Part shown: positions 56,489 through 64,000 of the stretch, one piece after another
How positions within the stretch are numbered: the first letter of the stretch is position 1
Layout: the number at the start of each line of letters is the position of its first letter
Origin: Nitriliruptoraceae bacterium
Lineage (GTDB): Bacteria > Actinomycetota > Nitriliruptoria > Nitriliruptorales > Nitriliruptoraceae
Direction: 5' to 3'
NCBI GenBank assembly: GCA_040904765.1
Contig: JBBDST010000008.1
Coordinates: 4,219-68,218 of the forward strand
DNA: 64,000 nt
The notes under the pieces: model-generated
Database searches by the model: none
What the model saw: the letters and a program-made list of their open reading frames with translations, nothing else
Told to the model about the DNA's origin: nothing
Made by a program: the position numbers and the translations under genes

Positions 56489-57580
56489 TCAGCTAACCGA
56501 TATAAGTGTGCGTGGCGCCTCATTCAACACGTCTACGCCTGTATCGGTCACCGCAACGATGTCTTCGATACGTACGCCAAACCGGCCAGGCAGATAAATC
56601 CCAGGTTCGATAGAGAACGCCATGCCTGCAGTGAGTAGTGTGTCATTGCCAGCCACAATCCACGGTTCTTCATGCGCATCAAGACCGATGCCATGACCCG
56701 TACGGTGAATGAAATACCGGCCGTAACCGGCATCAATAATGACTTGACGTGCTGCCGCATCGACACTGTGTGTACTCACACCGGGCCTGACTGTAGCTAC
56801 TGCAGCCGCATGCGCCCGCAACACCGTGTCATGTACTTCACGATAATCGTTAGGTGGCGTACCAATCACGTAGTTGCGGGTTTCATCCGAGCAGTAACCA
56901 TCACGCGTACCACCAATGTCAACTACGACCGTGTCCCCTTCAACGAGCACCCTGTCACTCAACTCATGGTGGGGTGAGGCACCATTGGCACCAGAGGCGA
57001 CAATCACAAAATTGACCCGGTCGTGGGTGTCAAGAATCGCCTCGGAGATATGTCGGCCCACCACCGCCTCAGTTAAACCTGGCCGAAGCCAGTCAGCCAC
57101 CTTGGCATGCACTGAATCAATAGCCTTCGCCGCAGCCCGCAGCAGTTCAATTTCGCCTGAAGTTTTAGTCAGGCGCAAAGGGGCCAAGACAGGGGTTGCA
57201 GTAACAAACTGGCAAGACGGCAACTGTTGTTGCAAAGCGAGCGTAAAACCACTGAAAAGGTGCTGTTGAACGGCGATGGTGTTGGCCTCGTTGAGGAGCG
57301 AAGCTGCCAGAACGATCGGGTTATCCGTTTCAGTGTAGGTAACGACGCTGGCGTACCGGTCGCAACCAAACGCCTGAGCTCGTTCCCGTTCTAGTTCAGG
57401 GACAATAAGGTTAACTTCACCCACCATCGGAACGATCAGTAACGTGAGGCGTTCTAGTGGCAACGCGTCGTAGCCCAGCAGATAATTGAGGTCACTGCTC
57501 GGACCGACAATTACCGCATCGTGCTTGTGGGCTGCAAGAGCGTGTTGGGCATTACGTAACCGGGTCGAAAAATCAGTCAT
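56489..57580 (-). CDS. M24-family Xaa-Pro dipeptidase / aminopeptidase P-like
   Basis: Metal ligand contexts VVVDIGGTRDGYCSD, HRTGHGIGLDAHE, FSIEPGIY and VRIED. Confidence 0.85.
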   Translation of the reverse strand: MTDFSTRLRNAQHALAAHKHDAVIVGPSSDLNYLLGYDALPLERLTLLIVPMVGEVNLIVPELERERAQAFGCDRYASVVTYTETDNPIVLAASLLNEANTIAVQQHLFSGFTLALQQQLPSCQFVTATPVLAPLRLTKTSGEIELLRAAAKAIDSVHAKVADWLRPGLTEAVVGRHISEAILDTHDRVNFVIVASGANGASPHHELSDRVLVEGDTVVVDIGGTRDGYCSDETRNYVIGTPPNDYREVHDTVLRAHAAAVATVRPGVSTHSVDAAARQVIIDAGYGRYFIHRTGHGIGLDAHEEPWIVAGNDTLLTAGMAFSIEPGIYLPGRFGVRIEDIVAVTDTGVDVLNEAPRTLISVS

Positions 57581-57587
57581 GAAATCC

Positions 57588-58517
57588 TCAAATTTTTATA
57601 CGAAGACCGTGGGGTCGAATAGTCACTGCCGCCGGGGTGACGCCAATCACATCACCATCAGCTTCGACAGGGATTGCTCTCGGCCCATGCACATGCACCT
57701 GACTACTGCGCCACTGCCGGACATCGTCACGACCAAGATGGTCGCCGCGTGCAAGCTGTTGATAGGCCACGGGTAAGTCGCGTGGCGACACAGTCCAACA
57801 CTGGACATCAAACACACCATCATGTGGCATCGCCTGAGGGGCAACGTGCAGCCCGGCACCATAAAACTGGCCATTGGCGATCACCACATTCAACAAGTCT
57901 TCGGTGATTTCGGTGTGGTCGAGCGATACACGCATCGGTTGATGCCGAAACTGTGCGATGGCAAACGGAATCGCAGTGCGGTAGCGCTGCCGGCCAAGAC
58001 GTTTTGGCAGACGGTTCGCAGTAGCAACAACCGTGGCACCAAATCCGATCTGGGCAACGTTTAAGAAATGGCGTTGTACCGGCGTGCCGTTTGCTGTCTG
58101 GCACGCGATGACCCCAACATCGACCGTTGTGACCGCAGCCGAAACCAGATGGTCGATGAGGGTCGAAACGGGACGGTCAAGTCCAAACGTGCGCGTGAAA
58201 TCAGACCCTGTGCCTGAACCGACGATGCCAAGCACCGGCAAATCATCCGCCTGCATTTCTTCACCGGAAAGAAAAAACCCGCTGACAGCATCGCGCACTG
58301 TGCCGTCCCCACCCACAACAATGACATAACCCTGCCGGTCTGTAACGGCTTTCGTACAAGTTTCGATGACATCTTGGGATGACGTTGCTGGATGAATGTT
58401 TGCGTTAATGCCACGGCTGATTAGTAGACGATCAAGTTCGTCTGCGATGGCCAGCGTGTGACGGCCGGCACGAGCGTTCACAACCACTAACGGTTGCCCA
58501 TAGGGATGTTCCATCAT
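57588..58517 (-). CDS. diacylglycerol/lipid kinase family protein
   Basis: VIVVGGDGTVRDAVSG and GSGTGSDFTR motifs of the DAGK catalytic domain. Confidence 0.8.
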   Translation of the reverse strand: MMEHPYGQPLVVVNARAGRHTLAIADELDRLLISRGINANIHPATSSQDVIETCTKAVTDRQGYVIVVGGDGTVRDAVSGFFLSGEEMQADDLPVLGIVGSGTGSDFTRTFGLDRPVSTLIDHLVSAAVTTVDVGVIACQTANGTPVQRHFLNVAQIGFGATVVATANRLPKRLGRQRYRTAIPFAIAQFRHQPMRVSLDHTEITEDLLNVVIANGQFYGAGLHVAPQAMPHDGVFDVQCWTVSPRDLPVAYQQLARGDHLGRDDVRQWRSSQVHVHGPRAIPVEADGDVIGVTPAAVTIRPHGLRIKI

Positions 58518-61297
58518 GCCTCCACAATGCCGCGACGTAACGCGTTAAGGGCAGCCTCGGCGGTACGGGACAAATCGCCTGTGGCGACACTACGTACCTG
58601 GCCAAGAAGATCTGCAATATTTTTCATTGCACGAACAAAATCGCCACCAGTGATGTCGACATCTTCCAAAACATCAGCTAAATCGGCGCCTCCAACCCAA
58701 CGGAACGTCGCCGCCACAAAACCGGCATCGCGATCACGTGAAGCTTCCACTAACCCGGCACGTCGTTCGAGGCGGGCCAGTTCAGTCGCTAAGTCGTCGA
58801 TGGTTTCTAACGCTTCAGCGAGTTCAACGGTAGGAATATCAGGCGATTCAGTCACCTCTCCCCCGCGTGGCTCATACACAAAATAGGAAAACAATGCGGC
58901 CAGTTCGGTGTAGTCAAGCGCATCAAACACGCCCCGTCGCAAGGCTTCCGCAATGAGCAAGTCAAATTCGGCATACACACGAGCCAGGCGCATACCGTCA
59001 TATGTTGGGGTCATATCGTCGTTGACATACCCAAGTTCTGTTAACACGTTCAGAATGCGAGTGAATTCTTTCACTAACGATCCGGTCGCGGCGTCCACAA
59101 TTGCGCGTTCTTTGTGTAACGACTCATCCAACTGATCGATGCGGTACTGCCATGTCTCATGGGTGACCCGTTCGGGACAACTGTGGCAGGCATGTTCACG
59201 GTGCTTCGCCCGCAAGACCCCAATTTCACGGTCAAACGCGGCCGCAGCATCATCCGCTACTGCTTTAGGTACATCTGATTCCTCAGGTGGTGTGATACCA
59301 CGAAGTTGATCGGCAACAAAACGTCGGTACTCGATGTGTCGCGGGTTGCCGCTGGTTGGCAACGCAACGGTCGTTAACGGGTGCGTTGTGGTAGCCAACT
59401 CGCGCGGCCCAAGACGTGACAACGAACGGTCATCGACAATCACCTGCGCAAGCGGTGTGCCCTTTTTGGTGACATGCACCCCGGTTACTGCGACCAGTCC
59501 TCGTCGTCCAAGCCAAGGCAAGTGCAGCACTTCGCCTGGCTGCAGTGCCATGATGGCCTGATAAACATGCTTTTGGGTTTGCTCGTTGAGACGCCGCTGT
59601 TCCGCTTTCTCAACTGCTGAAATGGTCTTACGGAGCGCCCAATAGTCAGCCCAGTCACCGGCATCACAGACAGTGTGTTTGAGGTAGCCCGCGCGGGCAT
59701 CTTCCATTTCGGTGATGGTGTCACTGCGATCACCGATGGTGAGCTGGTTTTCAAATTGGGCGAATGAGGCGTTTAGCAAGTGTTTGGCGTTGGCGAGGGA
59801 ATGGTTTCGCAACAGATTCACTGCCATGTTGTACGACGGCGCAAAAGAACTTTTTAACGGATATGTCCGCGTTCCGACCAGCGACGCGACGGTACGAAAG
59901 TCAAGGTCACGCTGAAACAACACAACGGCATTACCGATAGTGTCAATGCCTCGCCGTCCGGCGCGACCAGTCAGTTGCGTGTACTGCCCTGGGGTTAACA
60001 GAACGTGTGAGTCGCCGTTCCATTTTTCTAAACGTTCGATGACGACCGTCCGGGCGGGCATGTTGATGCCAAGTGCCAAAGTCTCGGTGGCGACAACCAG
60101 TTTCAGCAAGCCACGTTGAAAGAGTTCTTCAACACACTCTTTGAAGGCCGGAATCATGCCGGCATGGTGCGGGGCGATCCCGTTCAACAGACCTTCCTTG
60201 AAGGCAGCAAAGTTCAGCACGGACAGATCGGCATCCGGCAAGTCACCTAACAGTGTGTCGACAAGGACAGCGATTTCGGCTCGTTCGGTTTCGTTTGTTA
60301 GGCGTACTCGTGCACGCTGCAACTCGCTTACTGCGTCGTCACAGCCTTTACGAGAGAACACGAACACGATGGCAGGCAACCAGTGGCGTTTAGCCAGTTC
60401 GCGAATGACTTCAGGCCGTCGAGGCCAGTGCAGTCGTGTCTGGGGGGCCAGACGTCGCCCCTTAGCGGTTACACGGTTGCGTTGGCGGCCGTTTCGTTCC
60501 AGCATCAACACTTCCGGATTGGGGATTCCTCCAAGCGCTTGAGAAGCCCGTTCACGTTGTTCTTTGGTGGCACCTTGTTTGCGCCCAGTAGTGAACGTGT
60601 CATAGATCGTGTCGTTTACAAAGTAGTGGTGGCGCAGCGGCACCGGCCGGTGTTCTTCCAATACGAGAGCGCACCCGTCACGTACCGTGTCAAGCCAGGC
60701 TCCAAACACTTCAGTGTTGCTGACGGTTGCCGACAGTGCGACGAGTTGCACTGAGGCAGCTAGCTGGATAATGACTTCTTCCCAGACCGCGCCACGTTCA
60801 CGATCGGCCAGATAGTGCACCTCATCGAGTACGACGTAACGCAGATTTTTTAACGTCGCTGACGATTCATAAATCATGTTGCGGAGCACTTCGGTGGTCA
60901 TCACCACCAGTGGAGCCTCAGAGTTGATCGCACGGTCGCCCGTTAAAAGCCCCACTTGAGCTTCACCGTAACGAGTAACAAGATCCCGATACTTCTGGTT
61001 AGATAGCGCTTTGATCGGTGTGGTGTAGAACGCTTTCGCGTCACTTCTGAGCGCATCAAAACACGCAAACTCGCCAACGACGGTTTTGCCTGCGCCGGTG
61101 GGCGCAGCAACCAGAACACTCTCACCGCGCGCCAACGCCGCTAACGCATCGCTTTGGAACGTGTCGAGTGCAAACGGGTAATACTTGGCGAACGCGTCAA
61201 CACGAGCTTGTTCGATGGGCCGTAACGGACGCGCAGGATTGCTTGTTGAGGTCAAGTCCATACGGTCACCAGTTGTGTCGACGCTGCCTGTGGCCAA
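58514..61297 (-). CDS. helY: Ski2-like DEAD/DEAH-box RNA helicase HelY
   Basis: APTGAGKT, DEVHY, SAT and TETLALGINMPAR, plus a long C-terminal DSHCT-like region. It is adjacent to tatC, as in mycobacteria. Confidence 0.9.
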   Translation of the reverse strand: MATGSVDTTGDRMDLTSTSNPARPLRPIEQARVDAFAKYYPFALDTFQSDALAALARGESVLVAAPTGAGKTVVGEFACFDALRSDAKAFYTTPIKALSNQKYRDLVTRYGEAQVGLLTGDRAINSEAPLVVMTTEVLRNMIYESSATLKNLRYVVLDEVHYLADRERGAVWEEVIIQLAASVQLVALSATVSNTEVFGAWLDTVRDGCALVLEEHRPVPLRHHYFVNDTIYDTFTTGRKQGATKEQRERASQALGGIPNPEVLMLERNGRQRNRVTAKGRRLAPQTRLHWPRRPEVIRELAKRHWLPAIVFVFSRKGCDDAVSELQRARVRLTNETERAEIAVLVDTLLGDLPDADLSVLNFAAFKEGLLNGIAPHHAGMIPAFKECVEELFQRGLLKLVVATETLALGINMPARTVVIERLEKWNGDSHVLLTPGQYTQLTGRAGRRGIDTIGNAVVLFQRDLDFRTVASLVGTRTYPLKSSFAPSYNMAVNLLRNHSLANAKHLLNASFAQFENQLTIGDRSDTITEMEDARAGYLKHTVCDAGDWADYWALRKTISAVEKAEQRRLNEQTQKHVYQAIMALQPGEVLHLPWLGRRGLVAVTGVHVTKKGTPLAQVIVDDRSLSRLGPRELATTTHPLTTVALPTSGNPRHIEYRRFVADQLRGITPPEESDVPKAVADDAAAAFDREIGVLRAKHREHACHSCPERVTHETWQYRIDQLDESLHKERAIVDAATGSLVKEFTRILNVLTELGYVNDDMTPTYDGMRLARVYAEFDLLIAEALRRGVFDALDYTELAALFSYFVYEPRGGEVTESPDIPTVELAEALETIDDLATELARLERRAGLVEASRDRDAGFVAATFRWVGGADLADVLEDVDITGGDFVRAMKNIADLLGQVRSVATGDLSRTAEAALNALRRGIVEA

Positions 61298-61312
61298 GAT
61301 TGCTCATGTCCC

Positions 61313-62086
61313 TTACGGGGTACTGCGCTTCTGTCTTCGGCCGATCAGAAGCGCGATGACGATGGAAAATTCGTAAAAAAACCACATCGGTCCGGCCACA
61401 AACAAAAGGGTAACCGCATCCGTTGTCGGCGTAATGATCGCAGCCGCAATCGTCATGCAAATCATCGCGTACGGACGTGCTGCGCGTAACTGGGGTGCAC
61501 TTAACACGCCGACAACCGTCAGAGAGATGAGTACCAAAGGAATCTCAAACACAGCCCCAAAAGCAAGACTCATTGCCAAAAAGAACGTCAAATATTCGGT
61601 TGCTGACAGCATCGGGGTGACGAGCGGGCCACCCAGCGCCAGCAGAATTGCCAGCGCCCGTGGAATGACGAGATACGCAAAGCCGATACCGCAAGCAAAC
61701 AAAAACTGGCTTACTAATACAAACGGCAAAACAAAACGCCGCTCATGTCGAGATAATCCGGGAGTAATGAAACGCCATAATTGCATGAAAAGCACCGGAC
61801 CTGAAACAAACAGGCCAACCACTAAAGCAGTACGAATGCGGACGCTGAACGGTTCAAGCGGCCGGAGGGCGATCAGGCCACATTCTGAACTGGCTCCTAA
61901 CGTAGATGGCAAATCGCAGTATGGGGCGATGAGATACACCAACAGTGTCGGAAACGCGAGATAGCCGATAACCGTGCCGATGACGAGCGCGAAAACAGCG
62001 ATGGTTGCCCGCCGTCGCAGTTCACGAAGATGCTCAATTAACGGCATGACGCCACGTATAGACGCGGCGTCGTCACTGGCGGTCAT
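61313..62086 (-). CDS. tatC: twin-arginine translocase subunit TatC
   Basis: [12 protein letters not shown]-terminus and six hydrophobic segments. 4-nt overlap with tatA. Confidence 0.9.
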   Translation of the reverse strand: MTASDDAASIRGVMPLIEHLRELRRRATIAVFALVIGTVIGYLAFPTLLVYLIAPYCDLPSTLGASSECGLIALRPLEPFSVRIRTALVVGLFVSGPVLFMQLWRFITPGLSRHERRFVLPFVLVSQFLFACGIGFAYLVIPRALAILLALGGPLVTPMLSATEYLTFFLAMSLAFGAVFEIPLVLISLTVVGVLSAPQLRAARPYAMICMTIAAAIITPTTDAVTLLFVAGPMWFFYEFSIVIALLIGRRQKRSTP

Positions 62087-62289
62087 GGCTCGCGCGGAGA
62101 TGGCGAATCGTCGGTGTCGTTGTTGTTGTCGCGGTCAGCGTCGTCGTCATTGATCGCCTGCGTGGCTTTTCGAAACTCCTTCATTGAGGTTCCAAGAGAA
62201 CCGGCAAGACCGGGAAGTTTTTTGGCGCCAAAAAACAACAGGACGATAAACAAAATGATGATTAGTTCGGGGCCACCAGGAAGCGTCAT
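62083..62289 (-). CDS. tatA: twin-arginine translocase subunit TatA
   Basis: [38 protein letters not shown]. The internal ATG at 62289 gives the canonical 68-aa protein. Confidence 0.85.
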   Translation of the reverse strand: MTLPGGPELIIILFIVLLFFGAKKLPGLAGSLGTSMKEFRKATQAINDDDADRDNNNDTDDSPSPREP

Positions 62290-62296
62290 GAGTGTC

Positions 62297-62560
62297 CTAC
62301 AGATCGTTTGCGGCAGTGTAGCCGTGATTGTCAAGAATTTGCCGGTCAGGCGATGATGGTGCAGTATTTTCACGCTCATCGCTCCAGGCGATAATGCGTT
62401 CCCACTGGGAGGTAAATTCCGCGACAGGCAAGGTGTAACGGGTGCGTAGGTGGCGTAACACGCCAATGCTGCGTGTCAACCGTTCGTTCATAACCGCCAA
62501 CAGCAGCAACACGACAAGGATCGTGACAACCCCAATTGCGGCCAGAATCTCGGCGATCAT
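62297..62560 (-). CDS. hypothetical small membrane protein
   Basis: 87 aa with N-terminal TM helix [22 protein letters not shown]. The ATG overlaps the pafC stop (ATGA), and the ORF ends 7 nt before the tatA start. Confidence 0.45.
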   Translation of the reverse strand: MIAEILAAIGVVTILVVLLLLAVMNERLTRSIGVLRHLRTRYTLPVAEFTSQWERIIAWSDERENTAPSSPDRQILDNHGYTAANDL

Positions 62561-63507
62561 ACGTCAGCCTTTGAATCGGTTAGTGGGTTATAGCCTGCGA
62601 GCGCATTGGCTGCCAGTGTGGCAATCATGTCACGCAACTTCGGCGGAGCTGTCACCCTCACCTTACCGCGTGCCATCAATACCAGACGTGCGATGTAGGG
62701 AAGCGCGTCGGTGGCAAGTCGAGCAGTAATATTTCCATCGGCAGTTGTTGTTTGCTCCGCCAGAACAAGATGGTCAAGAATCCATTGACCCGGTTTGGTG
62801 ATTGTCAGTTCCACCTGCGCATCGTCAGCCTGTGGCTGATATGCCGGAATAAGTGACGCAAGATCGTGATCGGTCGCACGAGCATGAAGAACTGATACGT
62901 CCGTGATGCGGTCAGTGTGAAAAAGGCGACCTTCGTTGCGGTCATGGTCGAAGGCTTCGAGATACCAGTTGCCATCCATCACATGTATGCACACTGGATC
63001 GACGTGACGCTGTTTGGGTACCTCATCGTTGCGTCCAAGATAGGTGAATGACACTTGCTGCTGAGCACTAATCGCATCACGTAAAACCGTCAATGGATGG
63101 TCAAACGTATCGTCAGCAACAACCCCGAAACGTTCGGGTGGCAACGCCAACATGGCTCGCAGTTTGAGTGAAGCGGACGCTAACGCGGGCACGGTGTCAT
63201 TTAAGGCAACTCGTACTGCATCGATGAGCAGCACCATTCGTACTGCTTCGCTCGGAGTGGGTTTGAGTGGCCGGCGTAGCTCATCAGCAAGATCGATCGT
63301 GGCACGATCATTGATAATTGTCACATCAAAAAGATCACCGCCACGTAAACCTGGAAGTCCGCAAAAGTCGAGCAACGCTAAATCTTTGCGGATTTGCTCT
63401 GGCGTACTGTGAAACGCTTCAGCAATCTCGTTCACGTGCGCACCGGGGCGTTCCAGCAGCCACGGGACGAGCACAAGCATGCGTTGGACATCGTCAGCGG
63501 CGCTCAT
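62557..63507 (-). CDS. pafC: HTH/WYL-domain transcriptional regulator PafC-like
   Basis: N-terminal winged HTH (RMLVLVPWLLERPGAHVNEIAEAF) and a central WYL-type segment (GNWYLEAFD). It lies upstream of tatA/tatC. Confidence 0.75.
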   Translation of the reverse strand: MSAADDVQRMLVLVPWLLERPGAHVNEIAEAFHSTPEQIRKDLALLDFCGLPGLRGGDLFDVTIINDRATIDLADELRRPLKPTPSEAVRMVLLIDAVRVALNDTVPALASASLKLRAMLALPPERFGVVADDTFDHPLTVLRDAISAQQQVSFTYLGRNDEVPKQRHVDPVCIHVMDGNWYLEAFDHDRNEGRLFHTDRITDVSVLHARATDHDLASLIPAYQPQADDAQVELTITKPGQWILDHLVLAEQTTTADGNITARLATDALPYIARLVLMARGKVRVTAPPKLRDMIATLAANALAGYNPLTDSKADV

Positions 63508-64000
63508 GCGCTGTCTCGATGGTCATTCAGCAGTTGCGTCAGCGTCTCGCAGATGGTGTCCACCACATGCTGTGGACTGGTTACGCGCAGCTGATCCCCA
63601 CATTCCAAAAGCCACGGCAGATCACGTAGAAGATCAACATCAAGAAGTGTGAACGACAACCACCCTGTTTGGATGGAATCAGGTGTGATGGGATCTATCG
63701 TTCCGCCACGGCTGACAATTCGGGTCGCGAACGGCTCACTTACAACCCCAGTGAGTGTGACGAACTCATCTGCCGGTGGCCGTATTTCGTTGGCTAAGTC
63801 AAGTTCGTCTGGCGGAACAAATGCTCCACGTTCAGAATCGGTGTTGATCGTCCCGATGATGCGATCAACACGAAACGCTCGGATGGCGTCTCGTCCATGG
63901 TCGAACCCAATGAGATACCACCGGCTACGGCGGCGGGCCAACGCGTATGGATCCACGGACCGTACGGATGGTTCAGCATGGGGTGTCTGGTAGGTGAACG
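63504..64000 (-). CDS. pafB: WYL-domain regulator PafB-like, C-terminal part (gene continues past the window end)
   Basis: SRWYLIGFDHGRDAIRAFRVDRI WYL motif. The frame stays open to the window edge. 4-nt overlap with pafC. Confidence 0.7.
   Translation of the reverse strand, partial: FTYQTPHAEPSVRSVDPYALARRRSRWYLIGFDHGRDAIRAFRVDRIIGTINTDSERGAFVPPDELDLANEIRPPADEFVTLTGVVSEPFATRIVSRGGTIDPITPDSIQTGWLSFTLLDVDLLRDLPWLLECGDQLRVTSPQHVVDTICETLTQLLNDHRDSA

Noticed and set aside
1-64000. CRISPR arrays, rRNA genes, IS elements, prophage genes, retron or DGR-type reverse transcriptases
   Set aside because: Reading the spacers and the ORF track, I found no regularly spaced repeats, rRNA-like stretches, transposase/RT/capsid/terminase-like translations, or long terminal inverted repeats.

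Overview
This 64-kb window looks like core chromosome of a moderately GC-rich actinobacterium. The gene order matches Mycobacterium-type actinobacterial synteny as I remember it: recN-pyrG-nudix-xerD-parA-scpA-scpB-rluB-cmk/der, pgsA-gcvH-FHA-merR-bfn-merR-gcvP, clpS-DUF2017, and pafB-pafC-tatA-tatC-helY. I can support about 70 protein genes, two tRNAs (Pro-GGG, Glu-TTC), two strong hairpin terminators between convergent genes, and a few candidate regulatory repeats. I saw no rRNA, CRISPR array, transposase, phage genes, or any integrase other than chromosomal xerD. Most genes are housekeeping: aromatic amino-acid synthesis, the glycine cleavage P and H proteins, chromosome segregation, Tat export, and envelope genes (murJ, lnt). 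There are four accessory-looking pockets. (1) At 22.7-27.1 kb, a cobalt-type nitrile-hydratase-family enzyme is encoded as three ORFs with the beta subunit split. It lies next to an MmgE/PrpD protein and a convergent amidase with a GatC/AtzG-like mini-subunit. (2) At 27.2-31.9 kb there are unknown proteins, an MFS transporter and a DrrAB-like exporter. (3) At 43.4-45.9 kb there is a tightly packed nuclease-SRPBCC-coiled-coil-DUF2384-like gene string. (4) At 48.8-52.9 kb, an ECF sigma factor is paired with a membrane-anchored S8 protease, followed by a 560-bp AT-richer non-coding gap and a methyltransferase-like gene abutting tRNA-Glu. I found no convincing defence island or mobile element. The best candidates for something undescribed are pockets 1, 3 and 4, and all three are hypotheses. 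All calls come from reading translated motifs and DNA by eye; no searches were run, and many start codons are uncertain.
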